From the NCBI RefSeq assembly GCF_018350175.1, contig NC_058382.1, forward strand, positions 53,508,001 through 53,572,000: DNA of 64,000 nucleotides, in the 5' to 3' direction. A program made the translations under genes and the position numbers. Below are positions 50,510 through 63,310 of the stretch, in pieces (position 1 is the stretch's first letter; each line of letters opens with the position of its first letter). This DNA comes from Felis catus (Eukaryota). The notes below the pieces were generated by a model. It was not told where the DNA came from. It did not search any database and saw nothing but the letters and a program-made list of their open reading frames with translations.

Positions 50510-50920
50510 CCAATGAGGTGGAATCTAATTCCACAGCCTGCAAATCAAAAGCAGACCGCAAATGGAGGTCATTTTCGCAGGGATATATCTCAGCGTCACG
50601 TGCAGTTAATCAGAACACAGCAATTTTTTTTCATAAGCACAAGACCGATTATATATTTTTTCACATGGCCCCTAAATAGCATCCTCTTCAACTAATTTCA
50701 AAACCAAATGGGATGCTTGAAACACCAAATCGAATGCTGATGTGGGCTGGCGTGTGGATAATTCGCAAGGGCTGAATCTTCACCGCTACGACAAAATCAG
50801 GCATGTCCGAAAGAGTTAGCGGAATTGATGGGGTGTCCTTGTAGTTATAAAATTGCCCCCAATTTTTCCAGCAAATTGCTCTAATCAGGGCGCTTTGAAC
50901 TGGACAGCCCAATTCTTCTG
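50510..50920. promoter_or_regulatory. Candidate enhancer island (CpG-retaining)
   Basis: GTCACGTG 50595-50602, TATAAAA 50846-50852, CTTTGAA 50893-50899; many CpGs in an AT-rich repeat-free context. Confidence 0.42.
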
Positions 50921-51169
50921 CAAGTGGACCTGACTTGAGGCATCACCCGGGTAGCAGAACGCACAGCAGAATGGGCACTGGAAGTTAGTCTCTTTACTGG
51001 TTTCATAACCCAGTCAGTTTCATCCGGGCACCGTCTAATGCAGATCTGGGTACAACTCTGGCTTCCCTGTAATTCTCTGGTCCTGAGTCAAGTGTGCTAA
51101 TGCTCTTCATGCAGGACTACTCTACTGAGGTGACACAGCCTCTATGAGTGTCCTATTTGGAGGGCTCTG

Positions 51170-51430
51170 GGGAGGCACTGTGCAGTGGGTATGCTCAGAG
51201 CCCATCCCTGGCCCCAGGCTGCCTGAGTGGAAACCTGAACTCTACTACCTACCAGCTATGCGACCTTGAGCAAGTGACTTAGCATCCTGTGCATCACTAT
51301 TGCACCTGTCCGTGGAGATGCTCTCAACAGCACCTATCTCAAGGGCTGCTGTAAGGACTATATGAGCTGATGTTGAAGAAGCACGTAGAACATTCCCTAG
51401 CACACAGTACACACTACCTAAGAGATGACT
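51170..51430 (+). mobile_element. MIR, near full length
   Basis: 'ctctactacctaccagctatgcgaccttgagcaagtgacttagc...acagcacctatctcaagggctgctgtaaggactatatgag'. Confidence 0.9.
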
Positions 51431-53214
51431 CTTATATATACGAAGACTGCACTGACTACTATATATTAAGACTGCGTCGAAAGCCACATTTACATAAAAC
51501 TATTGAACTTACATTTGCTTTCTGAAAAGCAGAACCGAAAACAAAAAACCCTCTTCTGCTCAACTGCTTTTAAATCTCAAGTTGAGACCTAAATGCTGTT
51601 GAATGTCTGCCGCAAACCTGCTTCCCCAGATGACAGAGGCTGTTATTTATTTCCTCGGGGTGTGTGACCATAGTTTCGGAGGGCACACAGACTCACGCAC
51701 GTAACATGTGTGTTTTATTCAAAGACACAAACTAAACACTCACTGTGCATCTTCTCGGAGCGAAAACTTGACGACTTACTTGAAGGAAAAGAAACAAAAC
51801 AGCAAACCCATGTTTATATTAAAACAAAGGGGATCTGTCGTAGACCGAGGCGAAACATTCATACATTTTCAGGTTACAGGAAGCCTTAAAGAAATTTCCC
51901 ATTTGAATTTCTGCATCAGATTCATCTGCTCCCTGACTCTATAGCCCTGCCCAACAGGTGTCTTGGGAGTGTGGGGATGGGTGCCCTGGGTCACTCCTTC
52001 TCAGACTCTATGAGAAGAGCAGGGTTTTCCCGCACCTCCCTGCCATGTGGACCTGCCATGTCTCGTTCTGTGGCTGTGAACCGTAAGCAGCTGCTGGACA
52101 CCCAGGCCACACTGGAGCAGCCACCCCAGGTGACATGAGGGTGGAAATCTGAGCCTTTCTGAGCGTGGAGTGTGGCTCTGTGTGGCCTCAGAGTCCAGGC
52201 TTCTCATCAATTGATTTTATCCTCGTGCAAAATGTGCAACCATGTTAAAGCCCAGAGATGGCGCTCTGACTCTCTGTTGATGGCTCAGACAGGGTGGGGA
52301 GGGAGCACCCCCTCAGCAGGATGCACCCCTCCTTGGCATCCCCCGGGTCCCGGCCTCGGATTCACAACTTACTGGATCTCAGAGACACAACTTGCTCACG
52401 CAAAACTTTGTCGGTGGTAAGGAGCCCCCGGAAAATGAGTGAGGCGGTGAGGTGGTTAATTTCGTGGTGTGGGAGTTCATTCAGTGCAGTGGATCTCAAC
52501 CTTTCTGAGAATCCATGGGAAGACGATGCCCTTCCCACTAGGACGTTCCAGTGGCCACGCCCACCTGCATGTACATAAGCAAAGAGGTTCAGTGATCATC
52601 TAAAACCCATGCAGATGTCCCAATGCGTGGCCAGCTTGAGGGTTAGTGTAGACTATTAACCAAACTGGACAAATGCTTCCACCTTCTCCTGATATTTATA
52701 TTAACCACAAGTCTTTCTGACTTCTCACACCCTGTGGCCAGCCTCACTCCTTTTCCGGGTCCCCCAGATCCAGGGTTCGAGGGCTCCAGTCTTCAAAGCA
52801 TGGCAGGGGCATGACGTGATGAGCTCCGCCGACCTTCTCACTGGTTCTGGAAGCAAACCAGGTCGGACCGGGGCAGCTTCTCCATGGTGGGCCGGCCCCT
52901 GAGAGGCGGGTCCTGGCCCTACCTAGGGAGGTAGCATCTCCTGGAGCTGACGACTCCGTCCGAACTGAGAAGAAGCTTCATGATGGGCGCAGGCGGGGCT
53001 TTGGTGAGAGAAGGTGTCACCGCAGGGGCTGCTCAGAGATGCAGTTTCCCACTGCGTGGGGACGTATGCCGCAAGCCAAGAGACATTGCAAGAACGCAGT
53101 GGTTTTGGAACCTACCCACCTGGCCATGACGTCTCAACTCAGGAGGCCAAGCCGATCGCAGTTAAGCAGTCAGACGACGGGCTTGGGCTGAGGAGAGAGG
53201 GCAGCAGACTCTGC

Positions 53215-53680
53215 TAGTGGTCTACCTATTGTCGGCTGCCCTATTATTCTTCTCTAACTAGACCCGGAATTTGCTCAGACCCAACACAATATGGTGAGAG
53301 CTAACATTTGCGCTTGCCAGGCACGGAGAGCTGTCCAAGCGTTTATTAATTTTTTTGATCCTCGTCACAATCCAAGAAGTGAGCAAGGGGTTATCTCTAT
53401 CATACGTGTTAGGACCCGAGGCACAGGGAGATCAATAAGGTGCCTGAAGTCAGATAGCTGGTAAGGGGCCGAGGCATGGTTTGAACCCCAACACGTTGGC
53501 TCCCAAGTCCAAGCTGTTGGTCACTGAAGGCAAATCACTGCCTGCACCCCATTCCCAGCTCTGAAGGTACGTCTCGATTAGGGAAGCCAAGCAAAGGCCA
53601 GCATTTTCTCATTTCCCATTAACTGGTATTGGTCCCGGCCAGACACACGACCTGAGATGGACCCATCAGATGGAAGGAAG
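53215..53680 (+). mobile_element. Old MaLR-like LTR fragment split by a MIR
   Basis: 'tgtcggctgccctattattcttctctaactagacccggaatttgctcag' then, after the MIR, 'cccagctc...gattagggaagccaa...acacgacctgagatggacccatcag'. Confidence 0.5.
53300..53530 (-). mobile_element. MIR
   Basis: 'gctaacattt...tgatcctcgtcacaatcc...gaggcacagggagatcaataaggtgcctgaagtcagatagctggtaagg...tttgaacccc'. Confidence 0.88.
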
Positions 53681-53839
53681 GACCACGGCCCACAGCTGGG
53701 GGACAGATGCATGGGGCTCAGGAAAGGGTCTCTTGAAGAAGCACCAGCAAAATCTACAGCTGCTGTCAACAATCCCTGCTACCCTTTCACCTAGAAACCC
53801 CTTCCCCAGCCTTTCCATCCCCTCACAAAGGCACACACG

Positions 53840-54050
53840 TCTCCTCCATGACTCTCTGTCCCCCACTGTCCTGTGAGCCCCTCAAGGCCATGGCCCATAT
53901 CTTATTTCTCTTAAGAGCAACATCCCAGAACTGCACACACCCATCCTGTCCCTCCCCCGGCCCGGCACCCAGCAGATGCCTGGCACAGAGCAGCGGCTTC
54001 AGTAAATGTTTGTGGGATGCATGAATGGAGAAATGAATGGATTTAATGAA
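53840..54050 (+). mobile_element. L2 3' end
   Basis: 'tgtcccccactgtcctgtgagcccctcaagg...tgcctggcacagagcagcggcttcagtaaatgtttgtgggatgcatgaatgg'. Confidence 0.85.
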
Positions 54051-55579
54051 TCCACACGCTGCTAATTTGGAATTTGTGATACTTTGGAGACAGGGTATTT
54101 ATTGAGTAAAAGTTTGGAAAAAAATACTCTAACTTGGGCTTTTACTGCTTATGTAGTTCATTACTAAGGAATGCAAGTCTCTTGTCCTCCTCCTTCCCAC
54201 CCCATTACTTTCCACATTTTATAATATGTAGAATAATTACAACCCGAGAAACTGCTTTTCTTTTAAAGAAACAGCCAACCTCTGCTATAATGAGATCTCA
54301 AAGGTTAATTCGGAAGAATTTTCTTCACCCCCTGGACCTCCCTCCTATCCCCTACTCCTTAATCCGAAAAAAAGTTTCCCCAAGACTTGGTTAATGAGAA
54401 TTTCACTTTTAGTTCAACTTACAAATAGTACTCGAGGGTGGATTAGACAACACAGACGATCACAAGGTAAGTTGGTTTTCACAGCAAAATATGAGAAGAA
54501 AACTGACGGTCGTACCTTGTCATTGTTTCTACTCGTCTTCCACTTGATGATGTAAATGTCTTCCGTTTCATATCCAGAAATAGAGGAAAGTGAGGACTTT
54601 TACCCCTGCTCTCTGGGAGTGGGGGGAAGGGGTGCTGGGAACGTGGCCAAAGAAGAAGGGCACTGAGAATGACGTGGTTCTACGACAGCAGCATCAGCAG
54701 CACATTCACCTCCTGAATCAGGAATTGTGGAATGAGGTCCGGTAACCTTAAGTCTGAGAATCACTCACTGGTTCTGGCAGACCTTATTTACTCCCCTGAT
54801 TGTAAAATGTGGATAATATGGTGTCCCTGTGTGAATTAACGAGTCTCTGTGTGTCAAGCTCTCAACACAGCACAGGACACACATTGCTTCTCGATTACAG
54901 GTGGAAGGGAGCGAGACATGGAGAACAGGATAAGTCCTAATATCTCCTCTGTGACTGGCTGGGGAGGTCAGAGTAGGGGAGTAAAAAGGGCTCAGGATGA
55001 CAGGGAAAGGTTAGAACCTGTGCTCCAGGATGGAGGGAGAAGGGAGAGGTTCCTGGGCAGCCCCGAGGAGATCCAATGAACGTGTTTTAAAGCTTATTCT
55101 GAGCCCTTCACAGGGTTAGAGGCTGGGGATCAGAGGTAAACAGTCGGGCACAGGCTCCCAGCCCTCGGAAGGACCAACAGTTTAGCAGATGGCGTGAGAA
55201 ACTGTGTTTGCCGAAGCCAGCACCCCGTGGAGGATTGTCACGGGAGGGGACACCCAAGCCATTTCTTTGCAGGGAGTAGATCTATAGGTTCTGATGAACA
55301 AACACTCCGGCCAGTAGACTTCTATGTGTGGATGGGAGGGGACGTGGGGTCCCATGAAGGCACCCATCACCTTTCTTACTTGGGGGGATTTTCTTCAGGG
55401 AGACTTGCTAGAAAAATGTTTCCACTCTCCTCCTGGTGGCATGAAGGCCTGTGTCCCTTAGTCCCCAATTCATCATTCCCAGCCGAAAGCCCTGACTCAG
55501 AGTGCTCATTGCAAAATGTTCAAGTTCAGCCCGTCTGCCCGAGACTAACAGCAGCGACCACAGCAACATCAGCTCCCGT

Positions 55580-55830
55580 CCACTGAGTGTCATGTCTCGT
55601 GTGCCAGGCATGAGCTGTGCTTTTTTAAGCTGCATGGTAATGTTGTCACCGCTCCAGAGGCTAACAGTATTGGTTTTTTCCATTTTATAGACGAGAAAAC
55701 AGAGGCTCCGAGAGACCAACAACTGAACCACGGTACACACCCGCAGAGTGACTTTTCCACGCAAGCCTCGGTTGACACCCAGGGAAACTGAGTCCGGAGC
55801 AACCCAGGGGCGAGGGCTTTTCTCAGGGAC
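55580..55830 (-). mobile_element. MIR
   Basis: 'cactgagtgtcatgtctcgtgtgccaggca...tccattttatagacgagaaaacagaggctccgagag'. Confidence 0.85.
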
Positions 55831-55869
55831 TCACAGCCACCCAGGATCTTGGTGAGGACTGAAGCCCCT

Positions 55870-56460
55870 GACATATGTACTTTCCTCTGTGGCAAACCAC
55901 GACGCAATAACAGGTTGATGGCAGATGGTTAAAGCCCCTCCAAGAAAAGAGAAAGAGGTCATTGAAGCGACTGGTTAGCATTGGCTGAAAAGTCTCCGGA
56001 TCTAAAATTCGTCTTAGCCGATTTGCACGACCACCGCAGCCGGGTTTATACGGAAAACGTACGGCACACGCTTTGATTGCTGCGACTAATAAATCCACAC
56101 AGCCCTCCCTCTTCCCTGCAACACAAATCCTTCTCTTCCCGGGCTTTTTAATATGCAAGGCAGAGTGGAACATTAGCAGTGCAAAAGGGTAAATAATCTG
56201 GTAATTGATCTGGGATTTGTAGATTTTTACCTCAAATTTCTGTTTATGGTTGAAGGTCGTAAGCTATCCAAACCTCTATTGATCAGAGTCTTTTGTTTAA
56301 ACAGAACCTACTGTATTTATTTGTGCCGCTCGTCCAAAGTCAAACAAAAGGGCACCGATCGAGCTAAGCAGCCTGGCACCGTGGCCATGTGGCCCATTCG
56401 CTCGGCATACAGCTGTTTGCAATTTGCACTGTCTCTTTCACATCCACGTGAGATGAAGCA
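55870..56460. promoter_or_regulatory. Candidate enhancer island (CpG-retaining)
   Basis: 11 CpGs in 55981-56100; CTTTGAT 56071, GTAAATAA 56189, TAATTG 56202, TGTTTAAACA 56294-56303, CAGCTG 56410, CACGTG 56445. Confidence 0.45.
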
Positions 56461-56703
56461 GCCTTCACTTAGCCTGGGAGACAGGCCAGCAAGAGAAGAT
56501 ACGCACTTAACCCTTCCCAAACTCTCCCGTTGCCCATGACATGGTGAAGTGCTTCCCGGGAAGTAGGATGTTTCCCTTAGAGGTGCAGCCTCGCACTCAG
56601 TGTTTTCTGTCTTAACCCCTCGATGCTAGGGGACCAGTACCTCCCCCCACTCTGCTCCTGCCTGGACGACCTTACCCCTGACAGTTCCTCAAAGCTGGAG
56701 GCC

Positions 56704-56716
56704 GAGAGAGAGAGAG

Positions 56717-56751
<35 letters not shown>
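56704..56751. repeat. (GA)n microsatellite
   Basis: Seen directly, one TT interruption. Confidence 0.95.
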
Positions 56752-56756
<5 letters not shown>

Positions 56757-56914
56757 GAAGGAGAATGGTTTCCTTTGATGGCTCTGGTTGGTTCAAACTC
56801 TCTTGCACAGAGGGAGGCACAGGATTTTCTAGGACCTATAGAAGGCAGGCATGCTGCTGTGGATAGGGTCCCTTTTCCTATGGTGGCCTTAGCTCTCTCC
56901 CCTTTGTTTCCTTA

Positions 56915-57143
56915 ATGTCAAACTTAGCCCAAGTTCGACAGCCCAAGAAATTCTTTGCTGGAGGACGGGGGGGTGGGGAGGGGGGCGCTATCCTATCCAT
57001 TGTGGGATGTCTAGAAGCGTCCCCGGCCTCTGCCCATCAGATGCCAGCAGGGGCTCGCACTCCCAGCTGTGACAACCAGAAATGTCTCCAGGCACTATCA
57101 ATGTCCCTGGGGGGGTAGAGTCTCCATCCACTGAGAGGCCCTG
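56915..57143 (+). mobile_element. MER20 hAT element
   Basis: 'cattgtgggatgtctagaagcgtccccggcctctgcccatcagatgccag...tgtgacaaccagaaatgtctccagg...tgtccctgggggg'. Confidence 0.88.
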
Positions 57144-57799
57144 CCTTGGAGAGATGCTTGTCCATGGCGGGAGCTCTGGAGCAGGCAGGAGTTATTTAAC
57201 GCTTCTGGCCTCCTGAGAGCTCTGACCTTGGCCAAACGTCTTACCTTCTGTAGGCCCAGCTTCCTCAGTAGGGAGGAGCCCAGGAAAGGCCCTAGCTTTC
57301 AGAGCTGCATTGTGGCCCCGGGGGGGTGCAGGGCAGTCAGCGCCTCACCCGGGCCTGCACTGAGCGCTTCACCCAGGTCTGATGCAAGACCCTCACCGCT
57401 GTCACCTGGGATCAGAGCTGGACTGCAGCCCAGAGGACCTGGGGAGCAAGGGCAGTGAAAGCGAGACCCACCCCAATCAAGTGCCGTTGGATTTTTAATG
57501 CCCTTTGCCAACGGTAACAACTCTTGAATTTTGGAGGCAGCTGTGTGGTTTGGCAAGCAGAATCAGAACGGATTTGCTTTTTCCTTCCATTCCTGGCTTC
57601 ACTGAAATACAGACACTTGCCCTCCCTCTTCACAGCTAAAGCCGAAGGCAGGCAACTCGTGAGTGCTTAGAAATTAATTGCTCTGAGTAGGCGTGTGTGT
57701 TAAATACACGGAAGCCTTTCGTAAAATGGGTTTGCTCTTGGTCTGGCTGTGACATTCTCCTGGATGCTAAATCTTTGGAAAATGCTACATCAGGACCTG

Positions 57800-58020
57800 G
57801 ATAGAGTATGAGTGGCTTTAGTCTCCAGACTGACCCAGGTTCAAGTCCTAACACAGCCACTTCCTAATTGTTGAGCGTTCTTGGGCAAGTTCCTTGGCCC
57901 TTAGGTACCTCCGGACCCCACCGGTAAACGGACAATGGTACCGACCTCGACATATTGCTCTGCAAATAAAAGGGGGCCATCTGTGAGACCCCCGTGTGTG
58001 CGCATGCACTTGACATCACC
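57800..58020 (+). mobile_element. MIR
   Basis: 'ccaggttcaagtcctaacacagccacttcctaattg...cttgggcaagttcctt...acaatggtaccgacctc'. Confidence 0.82.
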
Positions 58021-59019
58021 GAACGGCAGCCTCATCATCACCATGATTAGTATTAAGGAGCTCTTTATGGGGTGTCTAACTCATACACAAACTCAAAGTA
58101 ACACTAAATCTCTAATCCAACGTAAGTGCTTTCAGATGCTCCATAACAGATCTTTATGATATCCAGGCAGTTTTCTCTTTGCTTTCTATTACGATATTTG
58201 GCGTTACAGGTTCAGTCGTCGGGTCTGAGGGAAACGTGACTTCCACCTCCTTCAAACTGAGACGGTATTCCTACACACAGCAGAGCGGAGCCCCCAGGAC
58301 CCGGGAAGTGGGGTGAGCAAACGGAGCTGAGGCTCTTTATGGGCAGAGGGAGCAAGCCGCGATCCTGGGGCCAGGAACCCATATGAGCACAGCCCCTTGC
58401 AGCCCATCACGTGATCTCCTGTGTACTTTGCCCACATGCCCCCCGTTGCTGAGAGGTATGAAAACCTCCATCTCTCAGAGTGGAAATAGGACCCTGGGGC
58501 TTTGACTCTGCTTGAGGTCTCTCTCCTGTCAGTGCCTGGGCCAGCCTGAAAGCAGGGAGCGTTACATCCTGGGCCAGGGCGGGGGGCTTCCTGTTTTCTC
58601 CCTTGTGCATGAGCCCTTAAAGGCATATCGTAGAGGGTGCAGGAAGAGGAGATCATCAGTAGCTGAGAGTATTTTATGGACACAGGAGAAGTAAAATCAA
58701 GACCCACAGACACTTCTCACCACGTCCCTGCTTGCAGTGTTTTTCCCCACTTTCTGCTCCTTCCATAGTCCCCCCCGGGGGCCCCTCCCTCCCCCAAGAC
58801 CTCCGCCTTGCTGGCATTTTCCTTTAAGTTCACGTTCGTCTGTTTTCACTGAATGAAGCGGTTTGTCTTTGGGCCATGATCGCTAGGAAGCTTCTTTCTT
58901 GAAAGATGTATTTTCGAGACACAGAATTCTATACGCCATCGGAATGTGAGCCATGAAATGATTACAAAACGCCTGCGAAACAAGGCCTTCAGAACCATAA
59001 ACCAGTATCGGCGAATCCT

Positions 59020-59580
59020 CCTTCCCAAGGCCCCTCTCTTTTCCTCCTCAAGCCCCTGCTCCCCTGAATATTATGTTTGTCAGTCTCTTGTTTTTCTTTA
59101 AAGTTGTACTTCTTATGCAGGTTTGCCTCAACTGTGTTGTGTGTGTGCGCGTGTGTGCACACGCATGCACGCGCCTTGTTCTCAGCTTTTGTAGAAGTGT
59201 CACCGTAGGCTACAGAATCTTACTTTCCTTGATTTTTCCTCTTGACGTTATGTTGCTAAGATGTTGGTGCCTATAGCTGTATGTTGTTCATTTTTGCTCC
59301 CTACTACGCAGTGTTCTATTCCATTCATTTATTCTTCTGTTGATGGACAATGGAGGTAATCTTCAGTGACCTGGCTTCTGGGTTGTGGTTTGGCTTTTAG
59401 AAATAGGACTATATGACATTCTTGTATATGTCTCCTGAGGCGCATGAAGAAGAGTTCTTCTGGAGTACGTACCCAGTAGTTGAACGGACAAGGAGTAAAG
59501 GGTCTGTAGATCTACCCCTAGGGTGGGCCCTTTGATTATCGAAAGATTCTCATTAGTCTGTTCCAAAGCAGCCGCCCTGT
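59020..59580 (-). mobile_element. Old L1 (L1ME-like) 3' region
   Basis: 'ttattcttctgttgatggaca...gacattcttgtatatgtctcctg...gtacgtacccagtagttga...ttccaaagcagc'. Confidence 0.75.
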
Positions 59581-60257
59581 TTCTTTCTGTAGAATTTATT
59601 TTTCAGAGGTGAGTTTCCACTTCCTGACTTCCTGACCAATGGCCGCCCAGCCAACGTTCACCTCTCTCTCACTGGCACAGTGGAGGTAGTTTGAGAAGAC
59701 CCTCGTTGGAATCCTGCTTCTTCCATTTACTAGTAATGACCTTGGGTAAATCTTGTTCACCTCACAGGTTTGCAATGACAATCCAAGTAGTTATAGTAAA
59801 TGGCCATTATGATAGAATAGACTTCAGGATTATGACGTCTGAAGAAATAGAACTAGAAGAATATTCTAGACTCATTAGTATGCTATGGAAGGGCAGCGAA
59901 ATAGGGGAATCCAAAGGAATCTCTAAGCCTAACCAAAGGCCCTTCTCTGTGGATTTTATGATAACCTCGTTTGCCATCATTTTTGTATTTCAGATTGTCC
60001 TGCATTCAAATATATAGTCACTGGGGTCACTGGAAAGGGGAGAAGACACTCTCACTTAGGGGGATCTTATGAACACCTCCAAAGGAAGGTAGGTAAGTTC
60101 ATCTTGTTCTTAATTCTTGCTTTTTATTAGAGGTAGGAGAAAGTTGATCTCTACTCTCTTCCCAAACCTCAAAAACTCTACGTCTCCTGGTACACGTACA
60201 CACTTGCACACGTGTGTGCACATGCACATACACACACAGTGTTCTGTGGAAGCCAGT

Positions 60258-61088
60258 TGTTGTATTGTACATATTTAAAAATATATATTTTTATTTAATA
60301 TATAATATAATATAATATATAATATATTTTATTTTCTTTTTTTAAATTTTTTTTAACTTTTTATTTATTTTTGAGACAGAGAGAGACAGAGCACGAACGG
60401 GGGAGGGGCAGAGAGAGAGGGAGACACAGAATCGGAAGCAGGCTCCAGGCTCTGAGCCATCAGCCCAGAGTCCGACGCGGGGCTCGAATTCACGGACCAC
60501 GAGATCATGACCTGGCTGAAGTCGGACGCTTAACCGACTGAGCCACCCAGGCGCCCAAATAATATATTTTATTTTCTATAAATTACAATGTTTTGACATC
60601 TTTAAAAAACCTTTATATTTGGGGAGAAACTGTCCCTCTCTGGACTAACCAGTTTTTAAGGTAGCAAAGGACCAAGAGCATGCCATTGATACACAAACTA
60701 TTCCAGAGCTGGACCTCCTCTATTTGGCCCATGTGCACCTAGGAGGCAATATTCCTCTACCTTAATCATCCCAGGGCCACCTGCCAGGCAGCTAGGGATG
60801 ACCCCTGCAGCCCAAAGCCCGCCAAAATTATTCACACTAGCCAACCTTAAGCTGTTTTACCCTGCCCTGTCGTGCCAGTTACCTCAGAAACCCTAATAAA
60901 GACCGTGACCTAAAGGCTTCCTTTGCTCTTGTCTTCTACCTCCTGACCACCCAGTGTCTTTCCCATGTGGCCCATTTGTGGTCCCTCCTGTCTCTAGCAC
61001 CTGTTGATAACCCTGTTTTCCTGAACCTCACTGTGTCTCCTCTGGTAGGTGCACCTGGCTGACCATCACATAAAAGAACATAAAAGCA
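60258..61088 (+). mobile_element. ERVL-type solo LTR (MER74-like) with CanSINE near 5' end
   Basis: 'ctagccaaccttaagctgttttaccctgccct...cctaataaag...cctcctgaccacc...tctttcccatgtggccc...gcacctggctgaccatcacataaaagaa' matches recalled MER74A; 5' boundary uncertain. Confidence 0.8.
60338..60556 (-). mobile_element. Young CanSINE (SINEC_Fc-type)
   Basis: Perfect 19-bp TSD ataatatattttattttct (60319-60337 / 60559-60577). Confidence 0.98.
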
Positions 61089-61834
61089 CTGTGACTTAGA
61101 ATTTATCAGGACCTCACGCCCTTCTGTTGTCACTGAGCACACAGGTTGATGAATGCCGCAGTAGCATCTAGAATCTTGAACTCCCTTTGCCTTTGTCATG
61201 AATCGGGCTATTCACACTTGTTTTAAATCCACAGAAAGCAACCACTTTCCTCTGTCTAGGAAGAAATATGAGCCCCTTCTAGGGGCAAGAGGAGACAGAC
61301 TTGTATAGTCCGTGGCAGTTCTTTGTTTTATGGCATGCTAAGTCTTCCTGGGAGGCTCAAGGGCATTTCAGATGGGAGGGCCTTGGCTAATTTATGTCTC
61401 GGGTCTCCACATTCAAGATATCTCCCTCTGACCCAAAGCTTCAGCACCTTCACCTATCAAAGGGACATTATAGCAGGTAACTATTAAAAAACACAACAAT
61501 CATTACAAGTAATTATAGCTTTTACACCTGCTTTGGAGATCCAAGATGAAAGACACTTTGTGAAGGTAGATTTTGTGACAGGTGAGCAATGGAATTAATT
61601 AAACAATCTAATGCATAATCACACATGGAGTGTTCACTTGCCGCGAGGCTGGGTCATGGAAGCTCCCAGGTCCCTCCCACACGCTGAGGTTCAAGGGCAT
61701 CTTTCATCTCCCTCCATTCAGCTCATCACACCGAAGGCTCCCTGGGCTCACCCCTCCTCTATAAAATGAGGGCAATACCAGCACCCAGCTCACAGGCCTT
61801 TTGCGCACACAAAAGCATTGTGAGTTGATTAGCA

Positions 61835-62050
61835 GGCTTAGTGGAAAGTGTTTTATTTAAAGCCCTTGCTTTGAATCCTGACTCTTACTTATTAGCTTAG
61901 TTCCGAGCAAAATTGCTTAATCTCTCCCGGTCTCATTTTACTCATCTATAAAATGGGATAATAACAGTACCTAAACCTTGGAGGTGGTCTTGCTGATTAA
62001 GTAGATAATAGCCTGATGCCTGACACACACATGAAAGCTAATATCAATGC
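61835..62050 (+). mobile_element. MIR
   Basis: 'tttgaatcctgactcttacttattagc...ttgcttaatctctcccggtctcattttactcatctataaaatgggataataacagtacct'. Confidence 0.9.
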
Positions 62051-62252
62051 ACTGCAAGTAACTGGCACTTTCCTGAACACAGTTAAGCGACTTTCCCAGG
62101 ACTGTCTACCACAGTCCTTGTTCTAGGCTGAAGACATATAGTTACCATATACCTGCATACCCCTATAACTAAAATCAGGCTCTTTGGGTAGATAAAACTA
62201 GGTGAATGGTTTGTTCATCAGACTTGGAGGGTGTGCTCAGATCTGGTTTAAA

Positions 62253-62465
62253 TTTTTTTTTTCAACGTTTATTTATTTTTGGGACAGAGAGAGACAGAGC
62301 ATGAACGGGGGAGGGGCAGAGAGAGAGGGAGACACAGAATCGGAAACAGGCTCCAGGCTCTGAGCCATCAGCCCAGAGCCCGACACGGGGCTTGAACTCA
62401 CGGACCACGAGATCGCGACCTGGCAGAAGTCGGATGCTTAACCAACCGCGCCACCCAGGCGCCCC
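62253..62465 (-). mobile_element. Young CanSINE (SINEC_Fc-type)
   Basis: Perfect 16-bp TSD tcagatctggtttaaa (62237-62252 / 62467-62482). Confidence 0.98.
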
Positions 62466-63079
62466 ATCAGATCTGGTTTAAAACAAAGGCTAAGTGGTAT
62501 ATAGGAGCTCTATGTATTCTGTACTTAAAAAAAATAGGCAAGCATCTTCCAGAGTAGATCACAATGAGATAACCGCATATGGTCCATGTAGCTCATTGAT
62601 TAGGAAAGTAGTTTGTGACATATGAAGATCAGAGCTGGGGGTGGGGGGTGGAAGAGAAAGAGAATAAAACTGAAGGTAGACGCCTTCAGAACCAGGTGTG
62701 GTCTGAGAAGACCCTGTTGCTTACGAGGGAAGCTTCGTTTGGCAGAGAAAGCAGCCCCAAGGATTTATGTTTGTCATAACGATTAAGGATCATTCTTAGC
62801 AGCTAGTGTAAAATACACCCATAGGGAATAATCTAGCGAGATTCCTCAATATGGTCCTAGGTTACTTACACTAAAAACTCGGGGCATCTAGTCTCCTGTG
62901 GAATTGGCCCAGGGACAATCCCAGCCCCACCCCATAGCAAGTGGAAGAAAATCAGGACACACGGGAAAATGTCAAGAAGAATGAGGGCAATGAATAACGG
63001 CCCTACTCTTACATGGAGGGCATCCACAGCATCCTAGGGCATGGTCAATGCTCTAAAACTCCCACTTGCAGGCACACCC

Positions 63080-63310
63080 AGGTGGCAAAGCCATTTTGGC
63101 CTTCATATGTCATCTGGTTCTTTCAGCAACCACACAAGGTAGACATTACTACATCCATTTCTTCCTACTTGACCAAAATGGAAACTCAGGCTTGAGGAGG
63201 CTAAAAGCCTTTCCCGAGGACGCACGGGTGGCCTCACCTGTTCCTCAGAGCCTCAGAGGATTTGTCATTTCAAGAGCTGAGCAGGTAGACCCAAAGAGAC
63301 TCTAGAGACT
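63080..63310 (-). mobile_element. MIR
   Basis: 'tcagcaaccacacaaggtagacattactacatccattt...atggaaactcaggcttgaggaggctaa...cccgaggacgcac'. Confidence 0.78.

Noticed and set aside
52250..52270. CTCF-like word 'agatggcgc'
   Set aside because: The 5' half mismatches the CCASYAGRKGGCRS core at three positions.
1516..62465. SINE strand bias (12 minus, 5 plus) as evidence of a host transcript
   Set aside because: Two-sided binomial p is about 0.14, and LTR and L1 orientations do not agree on a direction.
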